A stretch of DNA of 64,000 nt from an uncultured virus (IMG/VR IMGVR_UViG_3300034106_004008). Its lineage: Duplodnaviria; Heunggongvirae; Uroviricota; Caudoviricetes. Position numbers and translations under genes: made by a program. Below the pieces are notes generated by a model, which was not told the DNA's origin, made no database searches, and saw only the letters and a program-made list of their open reading frames with translations. Location of the stretch: positions 1-64,000 of the IMG/VR virus record IMGVR_UViG_3300034106_004008, one strand, 5' to 3'. Shown one piece after another: positions 40,034 to 47,728 of the stretch (position 1 is its first letter; every line of letters starts with the position of its first letter).

Positions 40034-40246
40034 ATGTTAAAAATAATCGTAGCCAAATTCAGTAGCAAATGTGCCGCAAGTGGTAAAAGACTACAAAAGG
40101 GGGACACAATTGTTTATGATGTAAATCGTAAATTAGCGTACCACCCAAGTTATTCCCCAAGTGAAACAATAACGGATGAATCTCGTTATGTTCAAGCCCA
40201 AGAAGAAGCCTATTTTGATAGGTTTTGTCAAACAAATAACATATAA
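40034..40246 (+). CDS. hypothetical protein (AKF.SKC..G..KGD.I.Y)
   Basis: own promoter. Confidence 0.72.
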   Translation: MLKIIVAKFSSKCAASGKRLQKGDTIVYDVNRKLAYHPSYSPSETITDESRYVQAQEEAYFDRFCQTNNI

Positions 40247-40420
40247 AAAACTATGGGACTATTAATAGCTTTAATTCTTGTTGCTATCGGTTCGTTTGTC
40301 AGCAACAAGTTAGATTAACCGAACAAAAAAGGGGGACAAAAAAGTCCCCTTTTTTTATGTTAAAATTTGCAAATGAAATAAATTTAACATATCTTTGTGT
40401 TATCAAATCAAACAAAACAA

Positions 40421-40972
40421 ATGAAAAAGTTAATTTTCTCAATCGCACTCGGAGTTTCTTCAATGGTTGCAAACGGACAAATGTTGGTAGGAACAAACAC
40501 AAAGTTAAACGATATAACCCTGGGGGTTGACGCAAACAATTGGGGTTACTATGGTTCAGTTTCTTATGGTTGTATTAAACAAGGGGAACAAGCACCTTTG
40601 TTTCAATATGATTATGTTGCACCCGAACAACACCCACAATACAACAATTACGAGGTTAGAAACATATCAACAAAAGAAACAAACACAAAGTTGTTGGTTG
40701 GTAAAGTGTTGAACAATGATAACGCAGTTCGGGTTGGGGTTCACGCAGGGTTAAACTTTAATCAAAGAGAAACATACACAAACTACACAAAAACAAGTGT
40801 CGGGGAGTTCAGCGTTTTAAGTTGTCGCAAAAACATAAACACTTTGGTTGGGGGTTTGTATCTTAACTATTATGTTGGTTGGGTTAGGGTTGATATAAAC
40901 ACACAAAAACAAGTTAGTGCAAACTTCGGGGTTTTTATTCCCTTTGTTAAATCAAAAGGTTGTTCATATTAA
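40421..40972 (+). CDS. secreted, possible outer-membrane beta-barrel protein
   Basis: signal peptide ending ANG-Q; alternating beta-strand pattern with aromatic residues. Confidence 0.55.
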   Translation: MKKLIFSIALGVSSMVANGQMLVGTNTKLNDITLGVDANNWGYYGSVSYGCIKQGEQAPLFQYDYVAPEQHPQYNNYEVRNISTKETNTKLLVGKVLNNDNAVRVGVHAGLNFNQRETYTNYTKTSVGEFSVLSCRKNINTLVGGLYLNYYVGWVRVDINTQKQVSANFGVFIPFVKSKGCSY

Positions 40973-41264
40973 AAGAATAGGGTTGTGGATCAAAAGAGAG
41001 GGAACAAAAAAAGTTCCCTTTTTTTTATGTTAAAACTTGCAAATGAAATAAATTTAACTTATCTTTGTATCAACAAATCAAAATAAACAATGAGTATTCT
41101 ATTCGTCTTAACGCTTTTTTGCGGTGCTTTGTTAATCATGGCTGTGCTAATGTAAACAAAAGTGCTAATGCAAACAAAGGGGAAGAAATTCCCCTTTTTT
41201 TATGTTAAAACTTGCAAATGAAATAAATTTAACTTATCTTTATATCAACAAAACAAACAAACCT

Positions 41265-41405
41265 ATGAAAGATTTCTTTATTATCGGATTGCCCATATTT
41301 TTTCTTACCATTTGGCTATCAATAGTTATAGTTCGTAAACTTAACAATTGGTTTTGGGGTAATCCAAAAGAAGACAAATATAAAATTTCGGGAAGAAATT
41401 TTTAA
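41265..41405 (+). CDS. small membrane protein
   Basis: own promoter and terminator; one TM. Confidence 0.6.
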   Translation: MKDFFIIGLPIFFLTIWLSIVIVRKLNNWFWGNPKEDKYKISGRNF

Positions 41406-41512
41406 GGTAAACAAGAAACAAAGAAAGGGGAAGAAATTCCCCTTTTTTTTATGTTAAAATTTGCAAGTTAAATTTATTTCGTTTATCTTTGAACTATCAA
41501 AACAAACAAACA

Positions 41513-41746
41513 ATGACAACAACATCACTTTTTCAAATCGTAGTATGCCTTCGCGGCTTAGAGTTCGAGAAAAAAACAGGAATGAAAATGAGCCGAATTT
41601 CAGCGAGGGATTGTGCCAAACGAATTTTGGGTTACAAAACAAATCAAAGACCGACCTATGAGGTTTTAATCGCTCAAATGACCGAGTTAAAAACAAAGGC
41701 GGAACAAATCGCCCAAACGGAAGACCCAGCGGTTTTGGTTTGGTAA
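41513..41746 (+). CDS. hypothetical protein (GL.FE..TGMKMSR)
   Basis: own promoter and terminator. Confidence 0.75.
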   Translation: MTTTSLFQIVVCLRGLEFEKKTGMKMSRISARDCAKRILGYKTNQRPTYEVLIAQMTELKTKAEQIAQTEDPAVLVW

Positions 41747-41935
41747 GGTAAACAAGAAACAAAGAAAGGGGCAAATCGCCCCTTTTTTTATGCTCAGATT
41801 AAACGAAAGGAACAAAGGTATATGTTCGTATGGTTTAGTTGTTAGAGTGTCTTAAAACGGCTTAAAATGAGTCAAAAAAAAAACAAAGAAATTTGTGTTA
41901 AAGTTTGCAAGTTAAATTTATTTCATTTACCTTTG

Positions 41936-42035
41936 TATTGTTGTTAAAGACAACGGGCGGGCTGAACAAGTCGGGAGAGTATACTCCAACCTACACGATA
42001 CTTTTTGTGTTTAATGTTTTGCCCGAAAAGTTAAA
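41936..42035 (+). ncRNA. candidate multi-stem small RNA
   Basis: promoter 41904-41935, no ATG ORF; stems GTTGTT/GACAAC, CGGGCGGG/TTTTGCCCG, GGAG/CTCC, ACACGA/TTGTGT. Confidence 0.55.
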
Positions 42036-42124
42036 CAAAAAAAAAGATAAAAAAATTTGCGTTAAAATTTGCGGGTTAAAAAAATTACACCTACATTTGT
42101 ATCATCAAATCAAAACAAACAGAT

Positions 42125-42646
42125 ATGCAAAACAAAAAATCACAAGTAATCGCAAGCCTTATCAATGACGGAGGCAGTGCAAAGTTCGCCCAAGTATTAG
42201 CAGTGGTTGAACAAAAAATGTTAAAGACGGGCAACCCTTTGCGTAGTGCCGTTATCACCAAGTTAGTTGACTACAATATGTTGTTAAACGCTAACTATCA
42301 AAATATGGTGAATAACGCCCGTATTCGTGAGGGTAAAGAGGCTGACTTCGTAGCCAAAGAAAATTGGTTTACGCCCGTAAATGACGGCTTTAACGGCTCT
42401 ATCGTAGCAAAGAAAAGCGACCTATCGTGTGAGTACTTAAAGTTCGCTTGTAACACTTCTAAAACGCTTAAATACTTCGTTGACGGGGTTGAGGCAAACG
42501 CTGAACAAGTTGAGGTTATCAAGCAGTTCAAACAAAAGCCAAGCAAGGCAATCAATCAAGGTTTGGATAATGATATTGTTATCCGTACTATCAAGGTTGA
42601 GGGTATTGAGAATATCAAGTGTGGGGAAAAGGTTATCTTCGGATAA
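42125..42646 (+). CDS. hypothetical protein, paralog of 31754..32269
   Basis: shared motifs; last cassette of the array. Confidence 0.85.
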   Translation: MQNKKSQVIASLINDGGSAKFAQVLAVVEQKMLKTGNPLRSAVITKLVDYNMLLNANYQNMVNNARIREGKEADFVAKENWFTPVNDGFNGSIVAKKSDLSCEYLKFACNTSKTLKYFVDGVEANAEQVEVIKQFKQKPSKAINQGLDNDIVIRTIKVEGIENIKCGEKVIFG

Positions 42647-42670
42647 CCTTTAACCACATAAACAAATAAT

Positions 42671-42697
42671 GTTATCCACATCACAAGTGTGGATAAC
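42671..42697. promoter_or_regulatory. hairpin formed by two inverted perfect DnaA boxes
   Basis: TTATCCACA 42672-42680 and TGTGGATAA 42688-42696. Confidence 0.6.
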
Positions 42698-42741
42698 TTT
42701 GTTTTATATAAACTTGCACATTAAAAGAAAATAGCAGTATA

Positions 42742-42810
42742 GGGGGTGGTACACCCTCCCCCCTCCCGTATCCCCCTCCCTACCCCCCGTTTATGGGGGG
42801 CAAAGGGGGG
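42742..42810. other. G/C homopolymer-rich non-coding junction
   Basis: ggggtggtacaccctccccctcccgtatcc...gggggg-caaa-ggggggg in an otherwise AT-rich genome. Confidence 0.8.
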
Positions 42811-42868
42811 CTCAAATATCTAAATGAAGTATTTCTGAAAAAAATTTCTGGGGGTACTTTTTTCTGGA

Positions 42869-43589
42869 AAATCGACCCTTGTTCTGTGGGGAATCATTTT
42901 TTCAAAAAATTTCTGGGGAATTTTTTTTTCTCAGATTTTCAACCTGAATCCTTTTCCTGAATAGTATATCATGTTAAAGCGTCTGACATCGATCACATAA
43001 CTGCTCTTTGCGTTTCCCTGGTCGTCATTCTTTCTGTTAAGGTACTCATGAAGGGGAACCTCTTTGTTCTCAATCATCTTTTCAATGTCTGATGCCTTTG
43101 TGTAAAAGATGGCCCTCATGGGGAATGTCTTCACATCGTATTTAACCTCATCCTTTCTTGTCACGTCAAAGAACAATACAACGTTCTTTCCAACGCTTGT
43201 GTACTTCTTCTTGTACCTCAGGTAATCCTTATGGTTATATGTGATGGCCCACTGAGGATCGATATCGTAAAGCGTCTCAGATTTAAAGAATGGTGTGTCT
43301 TGTGTCTTAAGATCTCCTGGGGCTCCATTCACAACCAAATCGTGTGTATGGATCAAATTCCTTATCTGGATTAATCTTCAATGTAACCAATCCATTCAAC
43401 CCGTTTATGAACTCAACAAACGCTGGTTCTTGTACATCCGATGCTTCCTTGCAATATGAAAGTTTATCCTCGGTATTTGTGTTCTGTAATATCATAAAAC
43501 AAAAGTAATAAAAAAACCATAAACTAAAAAGTGACCCTTGTTTTATTTTCAAATCGTTTTCTCAAAAAATTTCTGGGGGTGTTTTTTTT
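42869..43589. repeat. imperfect ~60-bp direct repeats (42869-42929, 43527-43589)
   Basis: both carry gacccttgtt..aatc.tttt.tcaaaaaatttctgggg; third partial copy at ~42837. Confidence 0.75.
42931..43495 (-). pseudogene. frameshifted putative PD-(D/E)XK-type nuclease
   Basis: two ORFs join as INPDKEFDPYT-HDLVVNGAPGDLKTQ if one CA is added to the CACAC run at ~43342-43348; D..DLK resembles a nuclease core. Confidence 0.6.
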
Positions 43590-43631
43590 ATCCATTTTTC
43601 AGATATTTATAGTAAATTAATTGATTTTACC

Positions 43632-44315
43632 ATGAATAATACCTTAAATGAAGAAGTTTTAAGAATACGCCAGATGATGGGCCTTAATGAGAATCTAAAC
43701 GAGTTCGTTGATTCCGTTAAAATAATTGATGATGGCTTTGGACGTATGGAACCAATAATTAAAGGTTTATCAATTAATAATAGTGCTCGTAATGATTCTT
43801 GGCAAGAAAATCCAACAAAAGCAAAAGAATTTGTGGAAGCTTTTAATAAACTGGTAACCGATTTTGTTGAGTCAGACCAAAAATATACTGGGTCAATACC
43901 AACAGAACCAGAAGAGAAGAAAAAATATGTGATTAGTCAAATAGATCAAAGAATATACGGTTTCATGTTTAATCGTGGCTCTGGATCTTTTGTTAGAGCT
44001 TATTCAGACCCATATAAAACTCAAGTGGTTAGAGTACTTGAAAAGTTAACCAAAGAACTTGGTTTAACTTATAGTAATGGAAAATTAAATAGTTTTTTAA
44101 ATAGAATGAGTGAGGAACCAATCAATGAAAAAATAATCACAGCTGCTGATGTGGACTGGATTCAAGGTGGAATTGGTGCTAGTGCTGATGACTTCATTGC
44201 GAAAGCCAAAGAAAGTGGTATTGGTAAAGAAGGACTTTTAAATTACTTTGAAACTTTGGTTGAGAAACATTATGGTTTAAGTGAGAACATGGACTCACCA
44301 ACCGTTGGAATATAA
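43632..44315 (+). CDS. putative virion-internal protein with N-terminal LNEE..R..MMGL tag
   Basis: tag shared with other TATTTAT genes. Confidence 0.75.
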   Translation: MNNTLNEEVLRIRQMMGLNENLNEFVDSVKIIDDGFGRMEPIIKGLSINNSARNDSWQENPTKAKEFVEAFNKLVTDFVESDQKYTGSIPTEPEEKKKYVISQIDQRIYGFMFNRGSGSFVRAYSDPYKTQVVRVLEKLTKELGLTYSNGKLNSFLNRMSEEPINEKIITAADVDWIQGGIGASADDFIAKAKESGIGKEGLLNYFETLVEKHYGLSENMDSPTVGI

Positions 44316-44470
44316 TTCATAACCCCACAATTTTTACAAACCCTTTATTCCGAACACCCTCCTGGGGATGGTGACACATTATGGTAATTTTTACCCCCGT
44401 TGCTTTTAATTTAGTTTACAGTAAACAATTTACTGTAAACACGAATATTTATATTTAAACAAATAGAGAC

Positions 44471-45022
44471 ATGTTTAAATATATTTCAGAAATCATCTCA
44501 AAGATCTCCATGAAACAGCGTCTTGCTGCTCTTGGGATTGTTCTTTTGTCCATTGTGATTATCTCAATTGGCCCTAAGCTTATCGAAGGTCTTACCCAAG
44601 ATAATGAGGAATTATTACACAAGGTGGAAAACCAAAAGGTTATGATAAAGAGCCTTAGTGACAGGGTGAATGAACTTAATGATATTGTTATCAGCAATCA
44701 AACCGTTTGCACGGACAGATTCATATCTCGTGAGAAGGAAATTCTTGAGATGTTGACCAATATGGAGAGTGAAGCTCAAAAGACACATAATAAAGTTGTT
44801 TCAACCTCAACCAGCTCACCAGTTCGTTTCGAAAGAACTCTTCGCATGGAAACTGGCGGTTCTGGTTCTGGGGACGGTGAGGTATCAGCCATGATAATGC
44901 CACGTGAACCTGAACCACAGGTGACAACCATCGTTAAGACCGATAACTCCAGTCTTCTTAAAATGGTTCGCGGGATGAAACAGAATGTTGAAAAGAATAT
45001 AAATGAAAATGGATCGAACTAA
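44471..45022 (+). CDS. membrane-anchored coiled-coil protein (possible spanin-like)
   Basis: N-terminal TM then coiled coil; TATTTAT upstream. Confidence 0.55.
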   Translation: MFKYISEIISKISMKQRLAALGIVLLSIVIISIGPKLIEGLTQDNEELLHKVENQKVMIKSLSDRVNELNDIVISNQTVCTDRFISREKEILEMLTNMESEAQKTHNKVVSTSTSSPVRFERTLRMETGGSGSGDGEVSAMIMPREPEPQVTTIVKTDNSSLLKMVRGMKQNVEKNINENGSN

Positions 45023-45129
45023 TCGATCCTTTTTTTTCTATAATAAAAATTGTCTTTAATGTTTTTACCCGTGGTTGAACCAGGAACTTGCTGCCCAGAA
45101 TGTGAAGGTAGCGTTTGTCTTTGCGAAGG

Positions 45130-46704
45130 TTAAATAAGAATCTTCATCGTAGCTTTTATTCTCTCTATCTCTTCTTCCAATTTCTTTTTCTTGTTTGCGA
45201 TCTCGTTGTAATCCTTCGCGATTTCTTTGTTGGAACCAATCATATCCTTTGGATCCATATCTATCAATTGTTCCATCGTGAAATATTTGTACGATGTGTG
45301 TTCGTTCTTGTCAAGCACAACATCATCAATTGGAAATTCGTTTGTGTAGAATACGTTTAATTCACACTCGTTGTTGTAAATATATTTCTTCAGTGGTTTG
45401 AATGATTTCAACTCAACACCAGCTTCTTCTCTGATCTCTCTCACGATTGCTTCCTCTGGCGTTTCATTCTTTTCAATTCCACCACCAAGCATTCCGTATT
45501 TTCCTGGATTTGTTGTTTCGTCTTCGCTTCTCTTGAACAACAACGCTTCGTTGTCAATCACAATGAAAAGCAAAGCAACTCTCTTCATCTCCTTGGCTTC
45601 ATTCAAGCTGTAACCCTCTTCCTTTGTCTTGCCCCAAGATTTTCCCTTTCCTGGTGTTCCGCATGATGCTGGTGTTGGTCTGCATGATGGGTACTTGGCT
45701 CTCACCTCACCCTTTTGTCTTCCACAAGCCTTGCATTTTTTCTTTCCGTCAACTTTTCTGCATGTGTTGCAATCAACCCATCCTTTGCTTCCGCCACCAC
45801 CTCTTCTTGAAAACCATCCGTGAAGTCCGCTCTTTTTCTCCTTTGAGAAATCGGTTTTCTTCGCTTCATGCATTCCACCGTCAGTCTCCAAATAAGCATC
45901 CACCCATGTTTGAAGTTCATTAAAATCTGGAGCATATTCTTTTCGACCCCTCTTCCACGTCAAAGCATCGTGAGCCTTGGCGATCAAACCTTGCATTTCC
46001 TCTGGTGCGTTGTCAATCATTTGGATCTCCTCTTCCTTCAAACCTCTCCATATCTTTCCTCTTCTGCATTGAACGATTGCACCAGATCTATATGCTGATG
46101 GTTTGCTGTATTTTCTTCTCGCTATTCTTAAACAACGATCGGCTTTTTTCTTTTCCTCATATAAATTTTCATTCAATTCGAACTCATGTGATCCGTCTGG
46201 TTTAACAAAATACTTGTCAATTAACATTCTTGTGTTTTCTCGAGCAAACAACTCTGGATCGGATATAACATCAGATAATCTGATCGCCTTTTCCTCTGGA
46301 TCACCCCAATCGGATTGCATTAACAAAACATCCTCTGGTTTAATCACAACGGCTGGAATCTTATCAGCACCTGCGCGGTCATATGCGTATCTTCTATGGT
46401 TTCCATCGACAACCAAATATTTTGATTGGTCGAAGGGGTGTTGAATAACAAGTATTGGTGGCAGCTCTTCACCAGATTTCAAGGCTTGAACCATATCATC
46501 GACATTGGAACTTTTATCCATGTATTCCATATCCTTAAACGGTTCATTTGCTATGGTGTCATTTAAATTAATATCATCAACCTTTCCGTAATGTTCGTTA
46601 TCATTAAACACCTCAGATCCAACACCGTTTGCGTATATTTTCACATCCTCGGACATAATGCCCATCATGGATTGCATTTTCTTTATTTCCTCAGTTAGTT
46701 TCAT
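45130..46704 (-). CDS. multidomain protein: ParB/sulfiredoxin-like + Cys/Lys-rich domains + NUDIX hydrolase
   Basis: LPPILV..YLVVDGNHRRYA; GGGIEKNETPEEAIVREIREEAG Nudix box; true start MKLTEE at 46704 behind TATTTAT. Confidence 0.85.
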   Translation of the reverse strand: MKLTEEIKKMQSMMGIMSEDVKIYANGVGSEVFNDNEHYGKVDDINLNDTIANEPFKDMEYMDKSSNVDDMVQALKSGEELPPILVIQHPFDQSKYLVVDGNHRRYAYDRAGADKIPAVVIKPEDVLLMQSDWGDPEEKAIRLSDVISDPELFARENTRMLIDKYFVKPDGSHEFELNENLYEEKKKADRCLRIARRKYSKPSAYRSGAIVQCRRGKIWRGLKEEEIQMIDNAPEEMQGLIAKAHDALTWKRGRKEYAPDFNELQTWVDAYLETDGGMHEAKKTDFSKEKKSGLHGWFSRRGGGGSKGWVDCNTCRKVDGKKKCKACGRQKGEVRAKYPSCRPTPASCGTPGKGKSWGKTKEEGYSLNEAKEMKRVALLFIVIDNEALLFKRSEDETTNPGKYGMLGGGIEKNETPEEAIVREIREEAGVELKSFKPLKKYIYNNECELNVFYTNEFPIDDVVLDKNEHTSYKYFTMEQLIDMDPKDMIGSNKEIAKDYNEIANKKKKLEEEIERIKATMKILI

Positions 46705-46712
46705 AACTAGTT

Positions 46713-47021
46713 TTATTCTTCTTTTATCTTTAATAAATAGATTGGAATTGTTAAAATGCCAAATAAAAAACAGGTTAATGCAATTTCTTTTGTGTCCGTA
46801 TGAAAAAGCTCGTGGGACATCCATAAGGTATTGGCTGATAACCAAAAGGCCATCATCATCTCGAGCCACCTTTCCGACCCCTGTTTTACTGTTATGAGTA
46901 TTGTTGATAATATTATGGTTGGTATCGCGAAAGCCAATGAGAGTTCGCCCTGACCCAACATCCAGAACATATCCTTTGCGATCCACAATGGGATATGTAT
47001 TCTCTCAAAAAGTTTTACCAT
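46713..47021 (-). CDS. membrane protein
   Basis: HIPLWIAKDMFWM motif; about 4 TMs. Confidence 0.65.
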   Translation of the reverse strand: MVKLFERIHIPLWIAKDMFWMLGQGELSLAFAIPTIILSTILITVKQGSERWLEMMMAFWLSANTLWMSHELFHTDTKEIALTCFLFGILTIPIYLLKIKEE

Positions 47022-47076
47022 GTTCATAAATATTTTTGGATTTGACAAACTATTTATCAATAAATTGTTTTTTTCT

Positions 47077-47694
47077 ATGAAAAAGAATACATTAAATGAA
47101 GAAATTGCGAGACTCCGCAAAATAATGGGTCTTAATGAAGAAATTGATCTATCAAAGGTGGATAATCCAAATGCATACACCGATGATATTTTTAACTATA
47201 ATTCCGAAAGAGGTGGCGAGGAAATGGAAAGTGATTTCGATTTCGAAAAAGCCGCGATCGAATCCGCAAGTGGTGAAAAAGTTGTTCAAAGAGAGTTTGA
47301 CGATTATGACAGACCATTATATTATAGTTTAGCTGATGATAATGTACATTATTTTATAGGTGATAGTGATGATGGTAAGATAATCATTAAATACAACGCT
47401 GAGACGGGCGAACGTTACCCAATAGGTAAGTTGGATCATTACGATGAACCAAGAACTGAAATATTTCAGGAGGGTAGAAGTGAGAAATACGATGATTCGC
47501 ACGGATCACCATATGATCGCGGTCACGCCGATTCATATTACAGAAGACCCAAGAGCCCACATAAGTATCCAGAAGGAACTTACAAAGGTGAGAGAATCAC
47601 CGATTTAACACCAGAAGAAATCGAAGCGTACAACGCTGGTTATGAAGACAACGAAAGATTTGGTGATTATAAAGATTGGGGCGGAGAAGATTAA
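47077..47694 (+). CDS. putative virion-internal protein with LNEE tag and C-terminal HGSPYDRG.ADSYY domain
   Basis: tag plus recurrent phage domain. Confidence 0.75.
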   Translation: MKKNTLNEEIARLRKIMGLNEEIDLSKVDNPNAYTDDIFNYNSERGGEEMESDFDFEKAAIESASGEKVVQREFDDYDRPLYYSLADDNVHYFIGDSDDGKIIIKYNAETGERYPIGKLDHYDEPRTEIFQEGRSEKYDDSHGSPYDRGHADSYYRRPKSPHKYPEGTYKGERITDLTPEEIEAYNAGYEDNERFGDYKDWGGED

Positions 47695-47728
47695 AGATAA
47701 AAAGAAAAAGGGGCTTTCGCCCCTTTTT

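Larger units (their letters stand above)
16454..41790. terminator. dispersed family of bidirectional intrinsic terminators A(n)-GGGG-AAGAAATT-CCCC-T(n)
   Basis: e.g. ~24878-24903, 28001-28028, 30404-30428, 35756-35778, 39615-39637, 41176-41201, 41424-41450; usually just upstream of a promoter copy. Confidence 0.85.
10417..42099. promoter_or_regulatory. about 60 dispersed copies of a Bacteroidetes primary-sigma promoter, consensus TTTGCA(A/C)(G/A)TTAAATTTATTTCA(C/T)TTATCTTTG
   Basis: matches the -33 TTTG / -7 TAnnTTTG architecture with 20-nt spacer; about 20 copies on - (e.g. 10417, 13482, 16424, 18062, 23313) and about 44 on + (e.g. 23946, 24914, 31700, 34481, 35284, 39981, 41460); always oriented into the next gene. 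Confidence 0.92.

Noticed and set aside
23947..41960. Shared N-terminal peptide MQVKFISFIF / MHIKF in many track ORFs
   Set aside because: Artefact of starting at the TTG inside the promoter repeat; real starts are the downstream ATGs
10417..42099. Repeat family read as a CRISPR array
   Set aside because: Copies are degenerate and separated by whole genes of variable length; no cas genes; promoter architecture explains them
10417..42099. Classical integron (attC cassettes)
   Set aside because: No tyrosine integrase in the window, no attC-type palindromes, and each cassette has its own promoter
41905..42168. 87-aa ORF over the candidate ncRNA (likewise 32314..32529 on -)
   Set aside because: Runs through promoter and poly-A sequence; not protein-like
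46705..46986. 94-aa N-terminal extension of the ParB/NUDIX ORF
   Set aside because: Overlaps the membrane-protein gene in another frame; the TATTTAT motif and tag place the start at 46704
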